Assembly: GCA_905233285.1 (NCBI GenBank)
Contig: CAJODY010000005.1
Coordinates: 1,246-65,245 of the forward strand
Source: an uncultured Bacteroidaceae bacterium
GTDB taxonomy: Bacteria > Bacteroidota > Bacteroidia > Bacteroidales > Bacteroidaceae
Reading direction: 5' to 3'
Length of the DNA stretch: 64,000 nucleotides
Position numbers and translations under genes: made by a program
Notes under the pieces: generated by a model
Seen by the model: the letters and a program-made list of their open reading frames with translations, nothing else
What the model was told of the DNA's origin: nothing
The model's database searches: none
Shown here: positions 37,362 through 47,600 of the stretch, one piece after another
Layout of the letters: every line of letters starts with the position of its first letter
How positions within the stretch are numbered: the first letter of the stretch is position 1

Positions 37362-38093
37362 TTACTTTTCTATTCTCATTGTGGCAATGAGACAGATGAT
37401 GCCACACACCACGATGAGGGTAGCCTCCGTTCCCAAACCAAGATAGTCATAATAGTGGACATCGCCCGTACCGTCGCCCAGCAGGTTCATCTCAGCCACA
37501 GCCAGCGAGTTGTTCACGATATGGATTATCGTAGTCAACACCACATTTCCCATCTTATAATAAATGAGTCCGAAGACTAGTCCGACGGCAAAAGCGAAAG
37601 GAATCTGAATGGGATTTCCGTGGATAGCTCCGAACAGCAGGGCACTCACCACTATAGCCGACCACTTATCCACCCCGTTCCTCAGCATATGTCCGAGCAT
37701 AGCCTCACGGAACACCAATTCTTCGACTATCGGTCCCACAACAATCATAGCCACCACTCCCCACACGTTATGCACCATCGCAATGAACTGCTCCTCCATC
37801 AGGTTGGGCAGCTTCAACAGTTCGCTAAGCAAATCGACTGCGATGATACACGAGAAAGCAGCCACGAACGAAAGCGCCAACCGCCGTCCACTCACTTTCT
37901 CCGGAGTGAAAGCCCGTGCACCTATCATTCCCATCTTCCACAACACAGCAACTGTCAACACACCTGAAATAATGATAGCAATTGCCAAAGACTCGATGCT
38001 CTCCCCCGTCAACAAGATAGTCATACCTCCCAATCCCTGCATTCCTGCAAAGATTACCAGCGGCACCAGAGCTTTCAAATAGACATTCTTCAT
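37362..38093 (-). CDS. CPBP family intramembrane glutamic endopeptidase (CAAX protease-like)
   Basis: EELVFREAM (EExxxR), FGAIHGN (FxxxH) and HIVNN. Confidence 0.85.
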   Translation of the reverse strand: MKNVYLKALVPLVIFAGMQGLGGMTILLTGESIESLAIAIIISGVLTVAVLWKMGMIGARAFTPEKVSGRRLALSFVAAFSCIIAVDLLSELLKLPNLMEEQFIAMVHNVWGVVAMIVVGPIVEELVFREAMLGHMLRNGVDKWSAIVVSALLFGAIHGNPIQIPFAFAVGLVFGLIYYKMGNVVLTTIIHIVNNSLAVAEMNLLGDGTGDVHYYDYLGLGTEATLIVVCGIICLIATMRIEK

Positions 38094-38113
38094 CTCAAAT
38101 TCGTTTTCATCTG

Positions 38114-38121
38114 CAAAGATA
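38114..38121 (-). promoter_or_regulatory. Candidate -7 box (TATCTTTG) for the CPBP-SSS unit
   Basis: Matches TAnnTTTG on the - strand, 20 nt upstream of the ATG at 38093. Confidence 0.45.
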
Positions 38122-38210
38122 TGGTTTTACATGCTACCGACAAAGCCTATTCACAACTTTTCAAAAATAAAAAAGGGGGCTGTCCATATATATTAACAAT
38201 GTGTAGCGGA

Positions 38211-38218
38211 TATTTTTG
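38211..38218 (+). promoter_or_regulatory. Orphan -7 box (TATTTTTG) upstream of the 21-nt-spaced repeat array
   Basis: Matches TAnnTTTG. No CDS follows before the terminator at 38323-38364. Confidence 0.35.
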
Positions 38219-38280
38219 TTCCCTACAGATGTTTTTCCGCTCCACTACAGATATTCTGTCATGCGGGCAGGACAAAAATA

Positions 38281-38358
38281 AATCGCGAGGGGATTAATAA
38301 AAATCGCGAGGGGATTTTTATTAATCGCGTAGGTATTTTTAAAAATCCCTACGCGATT
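38281..38358. repeat. Four copies of AATCGCG[A/T][G/A]GG[G/T]ATT at exactly 21-nt spacing (three direct, the fourth inverted)
   Basis: Copies start at 38281, 38302, 38323 and 38344. Sequences are aatcgcgaggggatt, aatcgcgaggggatt, aatcgcgtaggtatt and aatccctacgcgatt. Confidence 0.9.
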
Positions 38359-38364
38359 TTTTCT
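38323..38364 (+). terminator. Intrinsic-terminator-like hairpin (15-bp stem with one mismatch, 6-nt loop) plus T-run
   Basis: AATCGCGTAGGTATT, loop TTTAAA, AATCCCTACGCGATT, then TTTT. Confidence 0.5.
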
Positions 38365-38534
38365 TGCTACAGGCGCACGACGAGGTGTTATATGGGGCGC
38401 AATAAGAAAACACAGGGGGAATGGATGTTTTGATGAGGACTTTTTGAAATGGCACATAAGCCACATAGCTTTTTCTGTAAGCAGAAAAAAAACGGAGAAA
38501 ACGAAGATTTGATAAATTTATGTTTATCTTTGCA

Positions 38535-38542
38535 GCAAAATA
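38535..38542 (+). promoter_or_regulatory. Candidate -7 box (TATCTTTG) for engB
   Basis: Matches TAnnTTTG, 36 nt upstream of the ATG at 38579. Confidence 0.45.
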
Positions 38543-38578
38543 GTAAGATTAACGAGGAAAAACAAAACGAAGTCCAAG

Positions 38579-39178
38579 ATGAAAATCACGTCTGCCGAAT
38601 ATAAGAGTTCGAGTCCGAGAGCCGATATGTGTCCTGCGACGACACTACCCGAGTATGCCTTCATTGGGAGGAGCAACGTGGGCAAGTCGTCGCTCATCAA
38701 CATGCTGACGGGACACTCGAAACTGGCAAAGACTTCGCAGACGCCTGGAAAGACGTTGCTGATAAATCATTTCTTGATAAACGGAGAGTGGTTCCTGGTC
38801 GATTTGCCTGGCTACGGATATGCCCAGAGGGGTAAACGCGAGATGGACAAGCTCCGCAACCTGATTGAACATTATGTGCTGGACAGGGAGCAGTTGACTC
38901 TGCTGTTCGTGCTCATTGACATACGCCACGAACCTCAAAAGAAGGACTTAGATTTCCTGGAGTTCTGCGGCGAGAACGGCATCCCTATCGCCATCGTGTT
39001 CACAAAGGCCGACAAACTGACGAAAGTGAAGATTGGAGCCAATGTGCAAGCTTACCTGAGGACGCTTCAGGAGCAATGGGAGGAACTTCCACCCTATTTC
39101 ATTACGAGCAGCGAGTATGGCACAGGTCGCGATGAACTGCTGGAATATATTGAAAAGGTGAATAAGGAGATAAGATGA
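38579..39178 (+). CDS. engB: Ribosome-biogenesis GTPase YihA/YsxC
   Basis: G1 [15 protein letters not shown]3 DLPGYGYA and G4 TKADK. Length is 199 aa. Confidence 0.9.
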   Translation: MKITSAEYKSSSPRADMCPATTLPEYAFIGRSNVGKSSLINMLTGHSKLAKTSQTPGKTLLINHFLINGEWFLVDLPGYGYAQRGKREMDKLRNLIEHYVLDREQLTLLFVLIDIRHEPQKKDLDFLEFCGENGIPIAIVFTKADKLTKVKIGANVQAYLRTLQEQWEELPPYFITSSEYGTGRDELLEYIEKVNKEIR

Positions 39179-41238
39179 AGATACTGAAGATTATACTGAT
39201 TGCGGTTGGAAGCCTGGTCGCTCTGGTGGCTGTGCTTCTGACGGTTGGTTACTTCATCTTGTTTTCACCATCGATGCAAAGCCGCGTGCGTCAGGAGGTT
39301 ACGGAGCTTCTGTCGGACAGACTGGGTACGAAGGTAAGCATCGACAGCGTGAGATACGACTTCCTGCGTTGCGATTTGCAGATGTTCAGTATGGAAGTGT
39401 TGGACCAGAAAGGCGTGAAGATGCTGGAGGTGGACACCGTGCATGTATCGATGAGTCTGAGGAAACTTCTGCGAAAGTATCTAGAGATAAATGAAGCCGA
39501 ACTCCTCGGATGCAGGGTGAAAATCTACAAGATAGCCCCCGATACGGTAGCAAACTATCAGTTTATCGTGGACAGTCTGAAACCCCAACCCAAGGACTCC
39601 GCTACGCCCCATAAGAAAAGGAAGTACAAGAAGATTGAACTCGACATCAATAATATAAAGTTGAGAAACATCGAACTTGAGTACGAGACCCGTAAACTTT
39701 ACAGACCACCCATAGCCAGGAAGAATCAGGCAATAATCAAACTCCAACAGGCAATGGCTAAGGGAAAAAACTCGACGGTCAATGGTCAACAGGAGGAGTA
39801 CAGATGGTTGTTGCAGAAGATACGACTTAAAGAACTTACATACAAAAGACGGCGTTTCGGCAGGAACGGCAAGGGCAATGCCACCATCAGGGGACTGCAC
39901 TACTGGAACGACAACGGACTGCCCCGCAAGAATACGGGCAAGAAACATCGCGGATGGTTCGACGCCAAACACATGGACGTGGACATCGATATGGACATCG
40001 ACGTAAGGCATGTAGGATCTGACAGAGTCGATATGGCTTTGCAACGCTGTACGGCAAAGGACTCCGTGACGGGTCTCGACGTAAGGGACCTCCACTTTGC
40101 AGTATCGCTAAGGGACAATGTGGCACATATAAGCGACCTCGTGCTGACGCAGGTAAACACCACCATTCAGATAGATACTGTCACGATGGTGTTGCCCAGC
40201 AAGAAGAAAGGAATAAAACTCAGCTACAACACTTCGACCATAAAGGGAAAGACTTTGCTGAAGGACATATCCCGTATGTTCGCACCAGACTTGAGCCAAT
40301 TCTCAATGCCCGTAGAACTGACAGCAAGGGTTGAGGGTGCCGACACAGCGATGCAGTTCAAGGACATATATGTATATACGCCCGACAAGAAGATTGAGGT
40401 AAATGCCACAGGATACATCAGCGACATGCTGAACAAATACGATATGGTTGTCCATTTCGACGTGAACAAGATGAGGGCTAAGGGAGACATCAAGCGGAAA
40501 ATCATCAATCAGTTCCCCGTGAAGAAATTCATGATGAAACAGGTGGATATGCTCGGCCTGATAACCTACAAGGGCAACTTCGAAGTGTTGTGGAAGAAAG
40601 TGCAATTTGAGGGACGTCTGGACACAGAACTGGGAGGTCTGAACTTCAACTTCTACCTCGACGGGGAAACGAAATATCTTGTCGGACAGGTGGCGTCGAA
40701 CAATATCAACCTGAAGAAAGTGACCGACAACGACAAACTGGGCAACCTGAAATGTGAGGCTCAGTTCAAGTTCGACATTTCAAAACCCCGTACAGCCCTG
40801 ATGAGAAAGAAAATCGGAGGCAAGCTGCCTATGGGAAGCATAAAGGCAAAGGTACACGAAGCCAACTACAAGAAGATGAAGTTTTCAAACATTCATGCCG
40901 ACATCGTGAGCAATGGAGCCATAGCCGAAGGCGACGTGCAGATGAAGGGAGCACACGTGGATGTGCTGTGTAAGTTCTCATTTACCAATACCGACTCCAT
41001 CTCGAAGATGAAAGTAAAGCCAGGTATCCGTTTCCACAAGATGACGGAGGAATACAAGGCAGCAAGAGATAAGGAAAAGGCAGAAAAGGCAGCCGAGAAG
41101 CAAGCCGCAAAAGAGGCAAAGGCGGCAGAGAAAAAAGCAGCCAAGGAGGCAAAGGCGGCAGAGAAGAAAGCAGCAAAAGAAGCAAAGAAAGCAGCCAAAG
41201 CAAAAGCCAAGGCTGAAAAAAAAGCGAATAAATCTTAG
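39175..41238 (+). CDS. N-terminally membrane-anchored protein of unknown function (possibly AsmA/TamB-like) with a Lys/Ala/Glu repeat tail
   Basis: N-terminal [26 protein letters not shown]. The tail is [49 protein letters not shown]. Its ATG overlaps the engB TGA. Confidence 0.6.
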   Translation: MKILKIILIAVGSLVALVAVLLTVGYFILFSPSMQSRVRQEVTELLSDRLGTKVSIDSVRYDFLRCDLQMFSMEVLDQKGVKMLEVDTVHVSMSLRKLLRKYLEINEAELLGCRVKIYKIAPDTVANYQFIVDSLKPQPKDSATPHKKRKYKKIELDINNIKLRNIELEYETRKLYRPPIARKNQAIIKLQQAMAKGKNSTVNGQQEEYRWLLQKIRLKELTYKRRRFGRNGKGNATIRGLHYWNDNGLPRKNTGKKHRGWFDAKHMDVDIDMDIDVRHVGSDRVDMALQRCTAKDSVTGLDVRDLHFAVSLRDNVAHISDLVLTQVNTTIQIDTVTMVLPSKKKGIKLSYNTSTIKGKTLLKDISRMFAPDLSQFSMPVELTARVEGADTAMQFKDIYVYTPDKKIEVNATGYISDMLNKYDMVVHFDVNKMRAKGDIKRKIINQFPVKKFMMKQVDMLGLITYKGNFEVLWKKVQFEGRLDTELGGLNFNFYLDGETKYLVGQVASNNINLKKVTDNDKLGNLKCEAQFKFDISKPRTALMRKKIGGKLPMGSIKAKVHEANYKKMKFSNIHADIVSNGAIAEGDVQMKGAHVDVLCKFSFTNTDSISKMKVKPGIRFHKMTEEYKAARDKEKAEKAAEKQAAKEAKAAEKKAAKEAKAAEKKAAKEAKKAAKAKAKAEKKANKS

Positions 41239-41278
41239 ATTTTTCTCTTTTCGTTTTTCACTTTTCACATATTATTCT

Positions 41279-41286
41279 TAAATTTG
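41279..41286 (+). promoter_or_regulatory. Candidate -7 box (TAAATTTG) for rho
   Basis: Matches TAnnTTTG, 74 nt upstream of the ATG at 41361. The leader holds a 9-bp hairpin, CGGTATGAC...GTCATACTG. Confidence 0.45.
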
Positions 41287-41360
41287 CAGCGTTTTTAGCG
41301 GTATGACTCGTATTTGTGGTGTGGTCATACTGGACAAATACAACAAATCACACATTTTTT

Positions 41361-43292
41361 ATGTACAATTTACAACAGCTCGCAAGCAAAGAGCCAGGCG
41401 AACTCCAGATGATTGCAACAGAACTGGGAGTGAGCAATGCAGATAAATTAGGTAAAGAAGATTTGATGTTCCGCATCATTGACGCACAGGCCGATGCCGC
41501 TGCCGTAGGTGCTGCAGCAAACTCAGACAAAGCGCCAAAGAAGAGGGCACGTGTAAGCGTGAAGACTGTCGACAGAGTCTATTCTGCGTCGCAAACCAAG
41601 ACCAAGAAGATAGACAAGAAGATGCAGGTGATGCTTGACGACACTCTGTTCGGAAGCCTGTCGCAGGAAGAGAAGGATATGCTGACACCCATACCGGTGG
41701 CAGAAGAAACTCAGGCACCAGCCCCTGAAGCAAAGACTGAGGAAGCAGCTCCGAAGAAACGTGGTCGTAAGAAGAAAGAGGAAACTGCAGAAAAGGCAGA
41801 AGAAAATAATACAGTAAACGAACAACCTGCAGCAGAAGCTCCTGAAGCAAAGACCGAGGAGGCTGCTCCGAAAAAGCGCGGAAGAAAGAAAGCAGAAGAA
41901 AAGAAGGAAGAGGTGATAGCAGAACCAGCACCAGAACAGCCTGCTGCAATCGAAGAAAGTGATGAGGAGTCAGACTTCATCATCCTGCAGGACATTCCTG
42001 TCAGCGACTACAATGAGGTTGCCGACCCCATGGAGTATTTCCATTCGAGACGACAGAACGAAGCAGATTTCTACGAACCGGCTCCAGCAACGGCGTACGA
42101 AGAAGATGCAAATAAAACCGTTGAGAGCAAGGCTGCAGCTAAGCCTGTAAGCAGAAAACAGGCTCCGCAATACGACTTCGGCGACATCATCAAAGTGACA
42201 GGTGTGCTGGAGACAATCGACAACTATGGTTTCCTGCGTAGCAGCGACTACAACTATCTGCCTTCGCCCGACGACGTTTATGTCAACATGCAGCAGATAC
42301 GCCACTGGGGACTGAAGATGGGCGACGTAGTGGAAGGACACGTACGTCCGCCACACGAAGGTGAGAAGTTCTTCCCTCTGGTCGATGTGACAAAGATAAA
42401 CGGATGCGCCCCCGAGCAGGTTCGCAACCGCATTGCATTCGAATTCCTCACCCCACTCTTCCCTGACGAGAAATTCAAACTTTGCAAAGGGCAGGGCGAC
42501 AGCAAATCGTCACGTATCGTTGACCTCTTCTCGCCTATAGGTAAGGGACAGCGTGCACTTATCGTGGCACAGCCAAAGACAGGTAAGACCCTTCTGATGA
42601 AGGACATTGCCAACAGCATAGCAGCCAACCACCCTGAGGCTTATCTGATGATGCTTCTCATCGACGAACGTCCTGAGGAAGTGACAGATATGGCACGTAC
42701 GGTAAAGGCTGAGGTCATCGCTTCCACATTCGATGCTCCTGCCGAGAACCACGTGAAGATTGCCGGCATCGTACTCGAGAAGGCAAAGAGAATGGTAGAA
42801 TGCGGACACGACGTAGTCATTTTCCTCGACTCCATCACACGTCTGGCCCGTGCCTACAACACAGTAAGTCCAGCCAGCGGAAAAGTCCTTTCGGGTGGTG
42901 TCGATGCCAACGCACTCCACAAACCGAAGCGTTTCTTCGGAGCTGCACGAAACATCGAAGGAGGCGGTTCGCTGACTATCATCGCTACAGCCCTGATTGA
43001 CACAGGTAGCAAGATGGACGAAGTAATCTTCGAGGAATTCAAGGGAACAGGAAACATGGAACTGCAGCTCGACCGCAACCTCGCCAACAAGCGTGTATTC
43101 CCGGCTGTCAACCTCGTGGCTTCATCTACTCGTCGCGACGACCTGCTCCACGACCAGAATACTCTGAACCGCATGTGGGTACTCCGCAAACACATTGCCG
43201 ACATGAATCCGCTCGAGGCAATGGACGTAGTAATGAACTACATGGAAAGAACAAAGAGCAACGAAGAGTTCCTTATCTCGATGAACGGATAA
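41361..43292 (+). CDS. rho: Transcription termination factor Rho with a long low-complexity insertion
   Basis: Rho_[25 protein letters not shown]-binding [28 protein letters not shown], Walker [19 protein letters not shown] and [25 protein letters not shown]. Confidence 0.95.
   Translation: MYNLQQLASKEPGELQMIATELGVSNADKLGKEDLMFRIIDAQADAAAVGAAANSDKAPKKRARVSVKTVDRVYSASQTKTKKIDKKMQVMLDDTLFGSLSQEEKDMLTPIPVAEETQAPAPEAKTEEAAPKKRGRKKKEETAEKAEENNTVNEQPAAEAPEAKTEEAAPKKRGRKKAEEKKEEVIAEPAPEQPAAIEESDEESDFIILQDIPVSDYNEVADPMEYFHSRRQNEADFYEPAPATAYEEDANKTVESKAAAKPVSRKQAPQYDFGDIIKVTGVLETIDNYGFLRSSDYNYLPSPDDVYVNMQQIRHWGLKMGDVVEGHVRPPHEGEKFFPLVDVTKINGCAPEQVRNRIAFEFLTPLFPDEKFKLCKGQGDSKSSRIVDLFSPIGKGQRALIVAQPKTGKTLLMKDIANSIAANHPEAYLMMLLIDERPEEVTDMARTVKAEVIASTFDAPAENHVKIAGIVLEKAKRMVECGHDVVIFLDSITRLARAYNTVSPASGKVLSGGVDANALHKPKRFFGAARNIEGGGSLTIIATALIDTGSKMDEVIFEEFKGTGNMELQLDRNLANKRVFPAVNLVASSTRRDDLLHDQNTLNRMWVLRKHIADMNPLEAMDVVMNYMERTKSNEEFLISMNG
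41724..41891 (+). repeat. In-frame direct repeat within the rho insertion ([17 protein letters not shown] x2, 117 nt apart)
   Basis: The 51-nt units at 41724-41774 and 41841-41891 encode identical peptides through partly different codons. Confidence 0.85.
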
Positions 43293-43317
43293 CGATAACG
43301 TTAACCTTGACGATAAC

Positions 43318-43349
43318 AAAAAAGCTATTCCCAACCGAATAGCTTTTTT
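43318..43349. terminator. Bidirectional intrinsic terminator between rho and the convergent lipoprotein gene
   Basis: AAAAAAGCTATTC, loop CCAACC, GAATAGCTTTTTT. Confidence 0.65.
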
Positions 43350-44061
43350 ATTTGTCTTCACACATCTTCATGTATTTCTTGATATTGACATTCTGCCGGA
43401 ACTCGTCAGGAGCCATACTGTATATCTCATCAATCTGAGGCGTAGTGTTGGGATAACCGAAACGCTGATAAGTCTCGTTGCATATCTCCATGAACCAACT
43501 TACGCCAAGCACATTATTAAAGTTATCGACAATAAAATTTGTCTCCAGACGATCCATAGCTATTCGCACGTCAGCTTCTGCCTCACCAAGGGTATGCATG
43601 ATGTAATCGTGGTCGTAACCTTCGAGAATCATCTGGCTCTCACGTCGTGGCAAGTCTGTCAGAATCATGATAAGGGAATCGCGGGTGGAAAGGAACTTGT
43701 AAAGAATCTCGTTAAGTTCTGTACCCTCCACCTTTACTGTCTGATTTTCTGACGAAACACGTATCTCACCGCTTTCAAGAACGAGAGGCAGATGAAAATC
43801 ACCCATGTCGAGAGTTACACACATGACAGAGTCGAGCGGCCCCGACATAGTAAACTGTCCGTGAATGATTTCGCAGGAATCGAGTGAGGACTCCTTGCTA
43901 TCTACCATGTTGCTGAGATACACCATCTTGCCGTCGAATACCGAATGCATAGATGTTCCGACAATGGTATATTTGTCGGAACAAGAGGTCAGCAGAACAA
44001 GAGCTGCCAACATATTCAGAACTGCAAGAAGTCGTTTCTTCACATTACAAAGGTATTGCAT
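43348..44061 (-). CDS. Lipoprotein, DUF4369-like N-terminal domain
   Basis: Lipobox LLTSCSDKY, and YTIVGTSMHSVFDGKMVYL resembles DUF4369. The start was set at ATG 44061 because the track start is GTG. Confidence 0.5.
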   Translation of the reverse strand: MQYLCNVKKRLLAVLNMLAALVLLTSCSDKYTIVGTSMHSVFDGKMVYLSNMVDSKESSLDSCEIIHGQFTMSGPLDSVMCVTLDMGDFHLPLVLESGEIRVSSENQTVKVEGTELNEILYKFLSTRDSLIMILTDLPRRESQMILEGYDHDYIMHTLGEAEADVRIAMDRLETNFIVDNFNNVLGVSWFMEICNETYQRFGYPNTTPQIDEIYSMAPDEFRQNVNIKKYMKMCEDK

Positions 44062-44162
44062 ATGGGACACGTGACAAAAGATTTTAGGTTTTGTTAAACG
44101 ATTTTACCACTTACAACACAATAATTAACAATTAAAAATCCTACTCACAGTGGCATTTGCCA

Positions 44163-44170
44163 TAACTTTG
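44163..44170 (+). promoter_or_regulatory. Candidate -7 box (TAACTTTG) for the alpha-2-macroglobulin gene
   Basis: Matches TAnnTTTG, 37 nt upstream of the ATG at 44208. Confidence 0.45.
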
Positions 44171-44207
44171 CATTTGTAATCGATAAAACAGAAAAACGAC
44201 GAACATT

Positions 44208-44663
44208 ATGCTTAGGAAAATATTTATACTGCTGCCCCTGCTCACCCTTTGCTTCCAAAGCATCAAGGCTGAGTCGTATGCCAAACATCTGAAGGGACTG
44301 ATAACCAAGATGGAAGAGCGCAGCGACATAGACCCCGACAGTTTTGCCATCGACATAAAAGTCCTGGAGACGGAATTGCAGAACATCGACAAGAAGAGCG
44401 AGAAGCAGATGCCGATGACGAAGAAGGTGACCTACAAGGCTATAATTCGCGGAGTGATGGCGACGGCATACAGGAACATGCTCTACAGCAGCATCAGCGC
44501 TTTCGACAGCGAGACTCAGGAGAAATATACGGCCAGAAGCAAAGAACTCTTCGGCAGGGTGCTCGAAGATATGCTGACGCTTTCAAAGGAGAACAGCAAA
44601 GACTACGAACCCATCGTAAAGATTGAGAACGCAAGTACTACGGACATAACATGCTGGCAGTAA
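44208..44663 (+). pseudogene. Signal-peptide-bearing N-terminal fragment (151 aa), probably the 5' part of the alpha-2-macroglobulin gene cut off by a frameshift
   Basis: Signal peptide MLRKIFILLPLLTLCFQSIKA plus a helical region. It ends 13 nt inside the next ORF, which lacks any signal peptide. The downstream frame is open back to 44627. Confidence 0.5.
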
Positions 44664-47600
44664 TGCTCGACTTCGTCTCTTCTAACAACCGTTCCATGAA
44701 TGCCGCAGAAAGGGACAGTCTGCATCGTGCTGCCAGAAGAATCTACCAGATGAACGGCGACAGGAACTCCGACACTATGCTCCGTCTCTGGGAGCTCAGA
44801 TACCCTTCATGGGGTACGGACGAGGAGAAGCAGCAGTACTGCCGACAACTTGAAGCACTTCGCGACTCTACCAGCGACATAGATGCCGGACGACTCGTAA
44901 GCAATCAGTTGGACATTGCCGTAAACAACGTGATGGCAAAAGAGATAGACATCCGTGTCGAGAAGAACATCCTTGCAGACAGGGATTTCAAACTGGAAAT
45001 AAAATCCAGGAATGCCACAACTGCTAAGTTACAGGTATTCCAGTTCAACGGCAAGGACGCTTACAACATCAAGAAAGCAGACATCGGAAAGGAACTGCTG
45101 CAAAGGAACTACATCCTCTCCGACGAGAACAAGATTAAGGAAGGCAGAAGCAGATATTTGGCTGTGAAAGACAGCACTTTTGATTCGATGCAACTGCCGG
45201 CTGGCAGGTATCTGTTCATGGCAACTACCGATGGCGACACAGCCCAGACCGTGGTGAAGATTACCACACTCCATCATCTCATTTTCCACACTCCTGACGG
45301 CAAGACACACATTAAGGTAGTGGATCGCATCAGCGGTATGCCGCAGGAGGGCGTTGCCGTACTACTCTACCCCGATCGGAACAAAGACGACCACGACACT
45401 TTCACTACCGACCGGAAAGGAGAGGTAGTGGTAGCAAGTGATAAGTATCGTCGTATGCGTGCCACACGTACACCCGACCGACTGAACACCTGTGAGGAGG
45501 ATGCCACAGCATCTATGATTATCGACTTCTACAATTACCGAAACGTCGAGGGAGAAAAAGTAGAAGGTGCCATCTTCACCGACAGGGGAGTTTACCGTCC
45601 GGGACAGACCGTTCATGTGTCGGCAATGATTTATACGATGATTGGTGACGATACCAAAGTCCGTACTCAAGGCAAATACATACTCGAGCTGACAAATCCT
45701 GACGGAGAGACTGTAGAATCCGTCACACTCAATCCCGACAAAATGGGTACGATGTTCCACGACTTCACACTTCCGAAAGGCAAACTGGGCAGTTGGCATC
45801 TTTTCCTGAAATCGGAAGAAAGCAAACGATGGAACCACATCAGCAGCTCCAGCATAAACGTAGAGGAATACAAACGTCCTACTTACCTGCCTGAGTTCCG
45901 TAAAGACACTACTGTATATTCACCTGACGATAATATCGAAGTGGAACTCGACGTGAGGACACTCTCGGGACTGCCCGTGCAGAATGCCAACGTAAGCATA
46001 ACCATCGAAGCCTACCGGCAGGCACTCTGGTTCTACACCATGAGTGAGTCGAAGCATGTGTATATCGAAACAGAAACCAACGATGAGGGCAAGGCACGGT
46101 TCGATTTCTGTCCATCAAAACATGAAGAAATAAAGGAACTCATCGACGAGGCACGAGCAAACGAGAAACTGAGGGTTCTCATCACGGCATTCGTCACCGA
46201 CCAGGCAGGCGAGAGTCATTATGCAAAGACAACGTACCTGATTCCGCTGAAACCCGTCAAGAAAGCAGAGGAGCCCAAGAAGCCCGAACCTTTGCAAGTC
46301 TCAAAGAAGGAAATAAAAGTGGGCGAATCGGTTGATATCACCTTCAATCCCGAGCATAAGGATGCCTACGTCTTTTACTACGTCGTAGCTAACGACAAGA
46401 TTATCGACTCGTCAGAGAAAATCGTAAACGGCACTATGCGTCGCACCATTCGTTGCACAAAGGACTGGGGTGATGGTGCCAATATATATATAATGTACGT
46501 GAAGGACGGAGAAATTCTTCGCTACAACAAGACCGTAAAGGTGCCGAAACCAGACAAGGAACTGAAACTCCAGTGGCACACAATGCGCGACCACCTCACA
46601 CCGGGACAGGAAGAGCAATGGACACTCAGTGTGAAAGACAAGAACGGCAAAGCCATAGCTGGAGCTAACCTCCTGGCTGCGATGTACGATGCCGCACTCG
46701 ACGAATTCAACACGTTCGACTGGTCGTTCCAGATTCCGTTCGTCACCAACATCACATCGCTCCCCTACAGAAACACACAACCTACACGCAGTTTCAACCT
46801 CGCTTTGAGATACATTCCGGATATCAAGGACATCATGCCCGGCAGTTTCGACTACCTTGAGCATTTCCAGCACGAAGGTGGCAATCTGGGACGCGGCATG
46901 ATACGTCTGAGAGGAGTGCGCCCCGTACTGAAAGAGGTCATGGTTTCAGCCAAGCCTATGGAAGCATACGAGGCACTTGACATGGCTCCGTTGGCTGCGA
47001 ACGGAAAGATTGCCGGACTGACAATCGATAATGCTGAAGAAACGAAGGGTGGAAAGGTTGAAGAACCGGGAAACGTAAAACCGAGCATTCGCGAAAACTT
47101 CAACGAGACGGCTTTCTTCTACCCCAACCTGCACACCGACGCGGAAGGCAATGCACAGATATGTTTCACCCTGCCCGAGAGTCTGACGGAGTGGAAGTTC
47201 CTCGGCTTTGCCCACACCGAAGACGTTCGTTACGGATTGATACAAAGCACAGCCGTAGCACAGAAGGACTTCATGGTGCAGCCCCAGTTGCCACGATTCA
47301 TCCGCACCAACGACGACGCCACCATTCAGGCTCGCATCCTGAACCAGTCCACACGTCTCATCTCCGGTACGGCTACGATGCGTCTGCTTAGTGCAAAAGA
47401 TGAAAACGTGACCATTACCACTCAAAACCTTCCTTTCAACGTCGAAGCAGGAAAAAGCAGTACCGTAACTTTCAGCCTCTCGGCAGGCAGTCTCAACGAT
47501 GATGTGGTATGCGAAATCTTTGCCACAGCCGATGGTTGTTCTGACGGAGAGCGCAACCTCCTGCCTGTACTCCAGACACGTGAAACAATCACCGAGAACA

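Larger units (their letters stand above)
38225..38364 (+). ncRNA. Candidate small RNA of about 140 nt containing four copies of a 15-nt motif
   Basis: Bounded by the -7 box at 38211-38218 and by the copy3/copy4 hairpin plus T-run at 38323-38364. Confidence 0.3.

Noticed and set aside
38229-38297. 22-codon ORF (MFFRSTTDILSCGQDKNKSRGD) at the 5' end of the candidate sRNA
   Set aside because: It is very short and runs into the first repeat copy, and nothing supports it beyond an ATG. It is mentioned only as a possible leader peptide.
38245-38466. 73-aa ORF (-) covering the 21-nt-phased repeat array
   Set aside because: Its sequence is dictated by the repeats (…NKNPLAIFINPLAIYF…). No promoter box is oriented for it, so it is most likely an artefact of the repeat.
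41476-41995. Several 94-157-aa ORFs antisense to, or off-frame within, the rho insertion
   Set aside because: They are products of the low-complexity GAA/GCA-rich DNA. The rho frame is continuous and joins recognisable domains on both sides.
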